DNA from: Candidatus Thorarchaeota archaeon
Lineage (GTDB): Archaea; Asgardarchaeota; Thorarchaeia; Thorarchaeales; Thorarchaeaceae
Reading direction: 5' to 3'
DNA: 64,000 bases
Assembly (NCBI GenBank): GCA_046482545.1
Contig: JAWOEX010000028.1
Coordinates: 224,001 to 288,000 of the forward strand
The position numbers were made by a program, and so were the translations under genes. Below are positions 9,601 through 18,005 of the stretch, in pieces; the stretch's first letter is position 1; every line of letters starts with the position of its first letter. A model generated the notes under the pieces. The model was not told the origin of the DNA and did no database searches. It saw only the letters and a program-made list of their open reading frames with translations.

Positions 9601-10106
9601 GGCACCGGTCTTTCGGAACGTCAGTGTTCGAATATATCGTCAATCATATCGCCTCACAGGGAGAGAGCACATCCGTGTCAGTAGCCAGGGGTGCTGGTTT
9701 GGCTTGTAAGTGACATTTCCTCACCCATCTTTCAAAGGCAAAAGTATTCATCCTGTACAAGACAGTTGCGCCGAGTGCACTATCTCTCTAACAACACGAA
9801 ATTCCTTGTTGCTCTGCGTTATCACATCCTCGTAGGCCGACACGAACTCCACCGCATCAACCTCCTCTTGCTGGAACATCGCTGCAATGGCGGAATGACG
9901 AGACTAACCACGCTGTAATCAAGCACCTCGTAGCCGGGGCGTTCCGAAGCCCGGTACATAGCGTTTGGGACGTAGGCTTCGCTGATCTCGATAGGATTCC
10001 CAAGTACGTCATCGACGCTCTTCTGTTTTAGTTTCACGTAGAACGAAACGAGCGGCCTCATAACCGATGTCTGTCTTTATCTTGAGACAGCCTGAGACCA
10101 AGGTCC
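9601..10106 (-). ncRNA. Candidate large (~500 nt) structured non-coding RNA of unknown class
   Basis: TATA TTTATATA at 10144-10137. 5' GGACC-TT-GGTCT pairs with 3' AGACC-GGT-G-CC. More than 10 nested helices; their mismatches read as G-U wobbles only on the minus strand. Confidence 0.7.
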
Positions 10107-10136
10107 TAGATTATCAGAATGGTAGTCGGAATAGTA

Positions 10137-10144
10137 TATATAAA
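10137..10144 (-). promoter_or_regulatory. TATA box for the candidate ncRNA
   Basis: TTTATATA about 30 nt upstream of the RNA closing stem. Confidence 0.6.
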
Positions 10145-10207
10145 CCATCGGTCCAGACCACTTACGGGGAATGAGGGTTTAGAAAGCGATTAAGAACTCT
10201 GATAACC

Positions 10208-10302
10208 GCTCCACCATATTCATTTTATTTTAAAATTCTTAGATAACGATATAGAAGGCCCATATTGTTCATCTCCGATGTGCTTTGCCGATTTTTCCCG
10301 GT
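10208..10302 (-). promoter_or_regulatory. Two-box regulatory element (copy 2)
   Basis: On +: GCTCCACCATATTCAT (10208-10223), TTTTAAAA (10228-10235), GCTTTGCCGATTTTTCCCGGT (10282-10302). Same boxes and spacing as 5828-5922, with a diverged spacer. Confidence 0.75.
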
Positions 10303-10653
10303 TTTTGATGCAGAATGGGCTGTTTTCCCAGAAATGATGCCGCCTTGGTAGATATAATCCGTTCTGAAGATGTTCGATCTTGTTATCTGCCTTTTACAGA
10401 CAATTCTTCCACTTCTTCATTTCTTTTTTCTATTCTGCAAGTTCGAACGTTGCATCAGCTAAGTGACCTCATAAACCACATTCATCCTCCTTCAAGAGTC
10501 TCCTTATCTCCTATCGAAAGTCGAAATCCATATCCAAAAGAGAAGATAATCTCCGGTATTCTATATCTCCATTCTCAGCCAATCTCTCGACCTTTTCCGA
10601 ATACGAATAGATTTGTATTGAAGAATGTAGAATGGAAGAGTGGTTGATGTACA

Positions 10654-12240
10654 GTGGTGCGCGTAGTAACTCTGGATTGGTTAAGCAATCTAGAACTAAC
10701 TGAGCCGGAGCCATATTGGTTCAGAGATGAAAGGCTCTACGCTGGCATCAACTCTGCTCGTTTCGAAGACAATCTTAATTGGGCCGAATTCGAAAAATAC
10801 ATGGGTCTCCAACCTGCTCCAGATGAGTCGTCGAATGATGTAGTGGCGCGAAATACATCTGAATCACAGCAAGGCGTGTTAAGACTTCACAGCTCTGAAC
10901 AGTTGAATCTATCAATTGATAAAAGCGAACTGAGATACCTAATTCGTCGTCTACGGCATTTCATCCATGAAAAATCCCCGCAACAGTATCTTAATGAAGC
11001 ACCCGGGCTAGATATTCTCAGTAGGGGAATCATTGCACTACACGAGTATGCGAAGTTTTGCGGACAGAGTTTGAACTGGCAAGCTGCTCTTGAGAACGTG
11101 GCGACCCTCGACAAGTTAGCAGAGCTAGATTATACTGGATTTGCGCGAACAGACTGGTCTAGGTGTGATTTGTTACCGGACGCTGTAGCCGAGTATCGGA
11201 GCAAGCCGCTATTACACGAGCTAAGGCATTCCTTCATTTCACTTCAACATCCTGTGCTAACAAAAATATGTGAGGCCCTTTGGAGAAATGAAGAATACAT
11301 AGGCATAACAAACAACTTCGTGAGAGAAGAGACAGGATGTACTAAACGAGAGGCTAGCCGCTACTCAGAAGAGCTTTCTATGCTTATGACCGAGAGATGC
11401 ATACCTGAAATCGCCACCTTAGGCCTGAGATACAGATCTATTCTAACAGCTAACCTCAGGCCAAGAATTTGGAACGGCGGTCTTGTACGAGCCTATGAAG
11501 TGGCGAATTCAAATTATCCTGGCTTCTTTCTCTACGTTGAACCTCGAGACAGCAATGGGCCTAGGAAAGGTGTTCTCCAAGAAAATGCCTTCCATTTCAC
11601 TGCGACTCGTGGAGTGCTGTCCTTCCGGCTTGACATGTGGGACGGAAAGAATTGGGTTTTTGAGCCATGGAAACCAAAAAATCAAGCTATCGATGGTCGA
11701 AAAGAAAGGTGGCTGTTGAAGGAGTTCAATACAAAAGAGGAAAATAATGCGCTAACTCCCCGGGAAGCAGTGCTCTTAGGTATTTTGTGGTCTCATCGAG
11801 GTGATGAGTCTTCAAGAAGAGACCTGTTAGAACGTTTGGAGTTTCCTGTTCGTTCCGCAAGACACTATCGAGAAAAGCTGGAGAAGAAGGGTGCATTCCA
11901 GATTTGTCAGCATCCCAAGCTGTGCTTTAGTGGGTTAAGTGATGGCATCCTTCTCGCTGTGACAGGATATGACGATATAGAGGATTTGCGTGATTACATC
12001 CTTTCACTTGCCCCTTATTGCGTAATCTACTTCAACAAGCAAGAGGATTCTCTTTGGGCTCTAATGAGGGTACCCCGCTGGCGTTCTGATCTCTTACGAG
12101 AACTGATGATAGAATGCATTGGCAAAGACACTCCTCAGTACCAAGTTGGTAGGATTCTAGAAGAAAACCGATACGCCATGACCCTTACCAGCAGACTCCA
12201 TGACGACAGTAGTGGTTCCTTTGCCAATCCCTGGACTTGA
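10654..12240 (+). CDS. Large putative regulator with two Lrp/AsnC-like (wHTH + RAM-like) units
   Basis: Two HTH-like segments, each followed by an Lrp-type P...GL linker (ERCIPEIATLGLRY; LTPREAVLLGIL...HPKLCFSGLSDGILL). Fold assignment by eye. Confidence 0.6.
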   Translation: MVRVVTLDWLSNLELTEPEPYWFRDERLYAGINSARFEDNLNWAEFEKYMGLQPAPDESSNDVVARNTSESQQGVLRLHSSEQLNLSIDKSELRYLIRRLRHFIHEKSPQQYLNEAPGLDILSRGIIALHEYAKFCGQSLNWQAALENVATLDKLAELDYTGFARTDWSRCDLLPDAVAEYRSKPLLHELRHSFISLQHPVLTKICEALWRNEEYIGITNNFVREETGCTKREASRYSEELSMLMTERCIPEIATLGLRYRSILTANLRPRIWNGGLVRAYEVANSNYPGFFLYVEPRDSNGPRKGVLQENAFHFTATRGVLSFRLDMWDGKNWVFEPWKPKNQAIDGRKERWLLKEFNTKEENNALTPREAVLLGILWSHRGDESSRRDLLERLEFPVRSARHYREKLEKKGAFQICQHPKLCFSGLSDGILLAVTGYDDIEDLRDYILSLAPYCVIYFNKQEDSLWALMRVPRWRSDLLRELMIECIGKDTPQYQVGRILEENRYAMTLTSRLHDDSSGSFANPWT

Positions 12241-12242
12241 AT

Positions 12243-12274
12243 ACAAAAGAAGAAGAGGCCGGAATACCGGCCCC
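12243..12274 (-). terminator. Hairpin + U-rich terminator after the micropeptide gene
   Basis: Minus strand GGGGCCGG-TATT-CCGGCCTC followed by TTCTTCTTTTGT. Confidence 0.75.
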
Positions 12275-12288
12275 TGTTAATCTATTAA

Positions 12289-12321
12289 TTACCATGGTAC
12301 ATCTGGCCAATCAGGGATCAT
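12289..12321 (-). CDS. 10-aa micropeptide MIPDWPDVPW
   Basis: ATG ATC CCT GAT TGG CCA GAT GTA CCA TGG TAA. SD GAGGTG (12335-12330) lies 8 nt upstream and a terminator hairpin starts 14 nt downstream. Confidence 0.7.
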   Translation of the reverse strand: MIPDWPDVPW

Positions 12322-12634
12322 TCGTTTTTCACCTCTGTTATTGTATTCCTCATACAATCTAATTGTAGCCCAGAGGGTTTGTTATCCCCATCTCCAGATA
12401 TGGCAAGCAAATGGACCAGAATCCATGAAAATACGACCAGTATCGATGATGATAACATACGGATTGTACTATGACCTTTTATGGGATCTACAGGTACTAT
12501 CTAGATTCATCAGTGAAAAGGACTATCGAAGTCTAAGTTTTCGAAATCGGAGCACTCAAAAAAACCAAGTAAAGATATTCTGCACTTTACTCGAGAAAGA
12601 AGATTTTCTACCCGTTCTCCATTCTCTACTTTTC

Positions 12635-14554
12635 CTACAATCTTTGTTGTGTAAGAAGCTCCGAAGTATCGGTATCCCAATTTCCATCATCTTTCAGTAA
12701 TCTACGAAAGAAATCTGATCGATATGCTCTGAATGCTGTTGCTGGCACCATGCTTATTTGTGCATCAATACTCGAAATCGATTCTGAAATCTTTTCTCTG
12801 TTTTCGTGACTGATGCGTGCAAGAGCATAACCATGAGTTCTATTGCGCTCCAGAAACACCTGGCAGGTTGGCAGCGATTCCAGCAATGCCGCCAACAGAG
12901 AGCAGGTGGTCTTCTCATCGCCACGGAGTTCTAAGAATATGCTTTTGAGACCGATGATGCTCACTCTATAGCCAATGTCAATCGCTTCTTGGCTGCGAAG
13001 CGATTCAAGGCATTCCTTTATCGTTTCTTGGTTTATTTCTGTCCCTGGAATGCCTGCAGAAAGTTCCATCTCAGCAAGCCAGCCTCTTGATACAGCATAA
13101 TCAAGGATGTTAGCCTCGGTAGGACTAGGTGTTTTCATTACACCATTCATACTGTCTCCGAACCGAGCTCTCAAGTCATCCACGGAGGTCATTTCTCTAG
13201 ATTTGAATCTCTTCATATCTAGTTTCCAATGGTCTTGTTCCGGATCGTAAAGATGGTAATTCTGTTGCGATGCTGAATAGGCAATCATGCGGGTGCTCGG
13301 AATATGTCTCTTAACCTGTTGGGCTGCGATCGGCGGCATCACCATATGGTGAAAGTATAGCGGATGTTTATCGGTCCCGTCTATTCGAACTATGAACCGA
13401 AGATACTTGTGCGGCCAACGATATGCTCTCCCCAAGTAGACAATTTCCTGTAATCCGAAAGCAGCGGTCCTGACATGCGGCCATAGCCTGAGTCCCCTTG
13501 TCAATGACATCATCCGTTGGAGCCAGGACTTCCATGAATGTCGTGCTTTTGTACGACTGATAGGAAGAGAGGTTATGATTTCTTTTGTTTTGTTGAGTTT
13601 CTTAGCTATGGTAATCACATTTTCAGGTTGGTCATACGTCCTTCGCACATAGGATAGAAACCTAGTCCATGGTTGTTCCTCAACTTCTTCAGGTGGATTA
13701 GAGCCAAGAAGAGGTAATTGGCCAGCCTCAGCTTGCCACATGAATCGTACATACGGGAAATTCGGTATTTTAGAACCTAGGCGAAGATAGTAATTCTTGA
13801 GCAATGCAAGAAACAGGGGTTTGTCTTGAAATCGTGGGAAAAAATCAAGGGGATCCTCTGTGGGTCTGCCAAGACATGTATAAGCAAGAAAAGCCATGAG
13901 TTGCTCACGAATATCTTCTGGCCATTGAGGAGGAACAACTCCATTGAGACATTTCTTTAGTGTCTCCCCCACCAGGTTCACTCGCACACCATGCGTAATG
14001 CGCGCAAGACATTCCCAGTCCGGACGAGGATTATTGAGTATTGAAATCGGATTAATATCCGTTTCAATCCGTGACATTCCCTTCCGCCACAACGCAGCAT
14101 CGCTTTGATAGCGAAAAGGACCGGCCTCATAGTGCTCAATTGTATGAGCTTGGACTAGGTTCCCGTCTTGCACGACAGCAAGATAATACTTCTTTGAGCC
14201 CTCGATAGCATGCAGAAAGAAGGTAGCTGTATCATTACCGTACAGCCATCTGGGATACCATAGATTGGTATCCTCGGGATAAATCCTGGCTTCAATAGCC
14301 TCATTGAGGAGACGAGCAAATACGCCCTTGCGCGAAAGCACCGGTTCAAGGCGAATGAGAAATTCCTCGCCCTGCTGCACGACAGTATTACCTTCCTCGT
14401 CAAGAATCGCTTCTTTGGCCAGCTTGACCCGAGCACCTGAACAAATCTCCTCACCTGAATTCAACTGAACGAATGGTCCGTTTACTTTCCAAGAGATCTT
14501 CGCCTGGTGCCAATCATGGTCGAGTTGAATGAGGACATCCCAAGACTCTACCAC
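12635..14554 (-). CDS. Large putative regulator with C-terminal Lrp/AsnC-like wHTH-RAM unit(s)
   Basis: PHVRTAAFGLQEIVYL and PSPTEANILD...LESLRSQEAIDIGYRVSIIGLKSIFLEL...LPTCQVF...GYALARI parallel the C-terminal half of the convergent 528-aa protein. GGAGATGAG SD-like sequence upstream. Confidence 0.6.
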   Translation of the reverse strand: MVESWDVLIQLDHDWHQAKISWKVNGPFVQLNSGEEICSGARVKLAKEAILDEEGNTVVQQGEEFLIRLEPVLSRKGVFARLLNEAIEARIYPEDTNLWYPRWLYGNDTATFFLHAIEGSKKYYLAVVQDGNLVQAHTIEHYEAGPFRYQSDAALWRKGMSRIETDINPISILNNPRPDWECLARITHGVRVNLVGETLKKCLNGVVPPQWPEDIREQLMAFLAYTCLGRPTEDPLDFFPRFQDKPLFLALLKNYYLRLGSKIPNFPYVRFMWQAEAGQLPLLGSNPPEEVEEQPWTRFLSYVRRTYDQPENVITIAKKLNKTKEIITSLPISRTKARHSWKSWLQRMMSLTRGLRLWPHVRTAAFGLQEIVYLGRAYRWPHKYLRFIVRIDGTDKHPLYFHHMVMPPIAAQQVKRHIPSTRMIAYSASQQNYHLYDPEQDHWKLDMKRFKSREMTSVDDLRARFGDSMNGVMKTPSPTEANILDYAVSRGWLAEMELSAGIPGTEINQETIKECLESLRSQEAIDIGYRVSIIGLKSIFLELRGDEKTTCSLLAALLESLPTCQVFLERNRTHGYALARISHENREKISESISSIDAQISMVPATAFRAYRSDFFRRLLKDDGNWDTDTSELLTQQRL

Positions 14555-14634
14555 AGTAACTCATCTCCAGAAAGAGTACCTTTACCTCCTTTTCCCAGAG
14601 GAGAATACAAAGGCAATGGTACGGATTTCATCAG

Positions 14635-16248
14635 TTATACCAATCCTGTTTCGTTCCAATTAATCCTGAATACGGACATAGTGTCTCGGCCGCTTATGAC
14701 ATTATCCTCAAGATGCATACTGTAGAGTTTCTCGTACGCACCGTGCAGATGCAAAGCCCAGAAAGTGAACAGTTCGTCGAAAAAGACGAAATAGTTACAT
14801 CCTCTTTCTTTGAGATACAGAAGAGTTTCTCTTGCAGACATGTTTCCATGGATGATTTCGGGACTCACAAGCCCCGCTAAGTCGATGACGCTCCGATTCG
14901 AAAAGAATCTGAGAGCGCCAGCGTCATGAATTGCTAGAACAGCGTCTTCAGGTGTATTCTGCTCTATCCAACGCCCAATATGCACCTGTTGCTCATTTAT
15001 GTTCTTTACAGCGTTGCCATAGAACGGTGCTTGTTGAAGATATCCAGGAATTGAAGGAACAACGAAGAGCAAACAAAGCACTACGCCAATTACTACTGTG
15101 TTATCAGGTTTTTTGGGCGATTCAAACTGCCTGAATACCATCTGAAAGAAGACAGCGGTACCAGCAAACGCAGATATCAGAAGGAAAGAAAAAACTGGAA
15201 CAAGATATCGTGCATTGTTGATTAAAGCGCCGTAAGGGTTTGAGAATCTATACAGGAGCAAGAGGGACATACCAAGTAGCCACGCCAACGGGCGACGGGC
15301 TTTGATGAGAAAAGGCACAGCAATGAAAGCAATAATGATGAATGGATATTGCTGAATCCATAGTCTCCAAAAGAAATTCCATGTTTCTATTTCTGATTCA
15401 GATGGCACGTGCACCTTGGCATAGAAAGTATCAGGTAGGGGAAAACCTGTGACTGAAAGACAATGAAAGATCCACGGGCTGGCCACCAAGATGGCTGTGA
15501 AGACCATTCCTAGGAGGGATAGAATTCGTCTTTTATCCAGTACTCTGTTGGTATGCAGAAAAATGGGTCGTATCAGCAATGCGAATAGCGCCAGAAGAAT
15601 CCCTTCAGGCCGGGCCAAGTATGCTAAACCCATCACTCCGCCCAGCAATATGTCATATGTTATATCCTGTTTTGCTATCAAAGTAATTCCCAGCATCAAT
15701 AAGAACATGAAGAGTGGCGTCTCCATTCCTGATAGCATGAGCCATGTGTTGCGAGGCATAAGGACGAAAGCAATACAGCCTAGATGCCCCCAGAGATGAC
15801 TATGAGTAACTCTGGAAATGAGAAGAGCAACAAGGGAAGTTGTCAGCGCATACAGTACCGTCATGATGAAGTATGTGCCCAGAACGAGTTGGGTAGGATC
15901 CTGGGATAACAGAAAGAGGGGAACAAGAACGATGGACCACAATGGACTTGTAGACCCTGTACTAGGATATCCAGGAGAATATTGCCAAGGTCTCGCTTCG
16001 TATATCGTTTTGGCAAATTGCAAGTGAATCCAAGAGTCATCTAACGTGAATCCAGGTTCGGTCCAGATGAGCATAGTTGCCAAGTAATGGAGACAAGATA
16101 CGATAGTGACAGCTGCGCCGAACACAAACAGAAGAAGGTCAGATCTATGCTTCGAAACCCAATCAACAATAGAAGTGAGTATTCTTCTGGGATCGCCGAA
16201 ATCCGCGTCTACTTTTTCGCCCACTTTGACCAATCCTTCTGAAAACAA
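14635..16248 (-). CDS. GT-C-fold membrane glycosyltransferase-like protein
   Basis: DDSWIH after TM1, GSTSPLW, SGMETPL, LARPEG, many TMs, and a soluble C-terminal domain (DAGA, DLAGL). Confidence 0.75.
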   Translation of the reverse strand: MFSEGLVKVGEKVDADFGDPRRILTSIVDWVSKHRSDLLLFVFGAAVTIVSCLHYLATMLIWTEPGFTLDDSWIHLQFAKTIYEARPWQYSPGYPSTGSTSPLWSIVLVPLFLLSQDPTQLVLGTYFIMTVLYALTTSLVALLISRVTHSHLWGHLGCIAFVLMPRNTWLMLSGMETPLFMFLLMLGITLIAKQDITYDILLGGVMGLAYLARPEGILLALFALLIRPIFLHTNRVLDKRRILSLLGMVFTAILVASPWIFHCLSVTGFPLPDTFYAKVHVPSESEIETWNFFWRLWIQQYPFIIIAFIAVPFLIKARRPLAWLLGMSLLLLYRFSNPYGALINNARYLVPVFSFLLISAFAGTAVFFQMVFRQFESPKKPDNTVVIGVVLCLLFVVPSIPGYLQQAPFYGNAVKNINEQQVHIGRWIEQNTPEDAVLAIHDAGALRFFSNRSVIDLAGLVSPEIIHGNMSARETLLYLKERGCNYFVFFDELFTFWALHLHGAYEKLYSMHLEDNVISGRDTMSVFRINWNETGLV

Positions 16249-16276
16249 ATCAACATGTTGGACGAGCTTTCATCAT

Positions 16277-17242
16277 TCAGTTACTTTCTGCAATCAATTT
16301 TTGAAACTCTGACTCTTCAATGTTGCCGCCTGTTATTACCAGCACAATTTTCTTGTCGCGAAATCTCTCTGGATTCTCCAGTATAGCAGCGACTCCTACA
16401 GCTGCTGCGCCTTCAACACGCTGTCCTTCCGCTTCCCACAGCACTTTGAGAGCATTGATAATCGTATATTCTCTAACCAGAAGCATGTTATCAACCTTTT
16501 CTCTCATTATAGAGAGAGTTATTGAGCCCTCCTGAACTCCGCCCATCAAGCCAGAAGCGACTGACTCTTCTTCTTGTACCTGTACATACTCATTTGCTTT
16601 CCAGCATTCGTATACCATCGGGGATGATTCAGACTGCACTCCAATTGTATTGGTTCTTGGGTCTACGCCCTTAGTTGCAATGGCGATTCCAGAGATCAAA
16701 CCGCCTCCACCCACCGGGACAATAATTGCGTCTACATCGTTCAGCTCTTGCATTATTTCCAGCCCAACAGTACCCTGACCTGCTATGATATCCGGGTGGT
16801 TGTAGGGACTTATGTAAGTCAGTCCCTTTTCATCTGCCAGTTGCTTTGCAATTGATTCAACTTCTTCATAGGAACCCTTGCGAATTACAGTGACATCGAA
16901 CTTCCGTATCTTTGTCAATTTCTCTTTCGAAATATGCTCTGGAACCACAATCGTAGCGCTAATCCCTAACTCGTTGGCAGCGAGAGCAACAGCCTGACCA
17001 TGATTTCCCGAGGAGGCAGTCACCACCCCTTTGAATCGGTTCTCTTGTTTGATCTTCAATAGCGCCATGAAAGCTCCCCGCACTTTGAATGCACCCGTCT
17101 TCTGTAGATTCTCCAATTTGAGGTGAACCTCTCCGCCTGATATCTCACTGAGCAATTTCGAGTGTAGTAATGGTGTTTTTCTGATGTGACTTTTCAGAAG
17201 CTCTGCTGCATTCTGAATATCTTCAAGCGTTGGGATTTGCAT
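16277..17242 (-). CDS. PLP-dependent threonine/serine dehydratase
   Basis: KLENLQKTGAFKVRGA, ASSGNHG, VPVGGGGLISG, TGGN. Confidence 0.92.
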   Translation of the reverse strand: MQIPTLEDIQNAAELLKSHIRKTPLLHSKLLSEISGGEVHLKLENLQKTGAFKVRGAFMALLKIKQENRFKGVVTASSGNHGQAVALAANELGISATIVVPEHISKEKLTKIRKFDVTVIRKGSYEEVESIAKQLADEKGLTYISPYNHPDIIAGQGTVGLEIMQELNDVDAIIVPVGGGGLISGIAIATKGVDPRTNTIGVQSESSPMVYECWKANEYVQVQEEESVASGLMGGVQEGSITLSIMREKVDNMLLVREYTIINALKVLWEAEGQRVEGAAAVGVAAILENPERFRDKKIVLVITGGNIEESEFQKLIAESN

Positions 17243-18005
17243 TCGGTAACAACCACACAAGCCAACGTTTGAAAACGCTCTATTCAGGTTATCGTTAAGA
17301 ATGGTGGGGCTCTAGTTTCGAAAGTGAACGAGCGAAAGCCGTTCGGAGGGTTTTGCTGCAGTTTTTCATTCACCTAAATTCGTCTGTGCATTTGCATTCA
17401 AATGGCTTGGCTGATGACAAAATATGTGCTCTAGTACAGGGGAATAAATGACCCAATCTCAATTTCTCTAATCTTCACTTCATCGCGGATCTCAGTTACG
17501 TTCATCAATGTTCACCCTGTTTTCTTCTTTCGTGACAAAGTCCTCACATATTCCCTTTAGTTTCACATCAGAATTACCTGTCTTTATTCTGATAAATCTA
17601 AGAACTCGCCCAGACAAGATGAAAACAATGAAATCATACGTATTTCTTCATGAAATCGGAGAAATCAGTACGAGGGTAACCTGGGTTGGCGTTTCTTGAG
17701 GGTTTGATCGGAAAACCTGCTTGCTCAAATGCCTTTTGGACTTGCTCGAACTCTTGAAAACTGCATCCATTTGAAAGTGAAAGGCTCGAAAGATTACCAT
17801 AGCTGGACAGAGTAAGCCAATAAGGCTTGATATCAACCGAATTCTCTTCCGCATCAACCCTGCGTACTTGATAACCGCTTTGCTAGAATATATAAACAAT
17901 TAGTGATTTTATGTAGGCAAGAACACAGAGATGAACTATGGGTAATCTGAGAATGTATACAACCAGATACACAACTCATCTCTGATTTTAAGAGAGGAAT
18001 TTGTA

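Noticed and set aside
9706-9724. GAGGAAATGTC resembling the RNase P GAGGAAAGUCC motif
   Set aside because: It sits in the 3' part of the RNA rather than after P3, and I found no matching 3' P4 strand.
9822-10061. 79-aa minus-strand ORF
   Set aside because: No recognisable motif or SD, and it lies wholly inside the base-paired RNA candidate; treated as incidental.
5828-10223. GCTCCACCA direct repeat read as tRNA/tmRNA 3' end or attL/attR of an integrated element
   Set aside because: No tRNA body precedes either copy, there is no integrase, and a second box at fixed spacing fits a promoter element better.
12289-12321. Micropeptide as a Trp/Pro attenuator leader
   Set aside because: No downstream gene on the same strand; the next gene is convergent.
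12341-12700. 119-aa plus-strand ORF in the regulator gap
   Set aside because: TTG start without SD, no motif, and it overlaps the 3' end of the 639-aa gene on the opposite strand.
17400-17900. Short ORFs between the dehydratase and dpsL
   Set aside because: No motifs and mutually overlapping; probably intergenic or decayed sequence.
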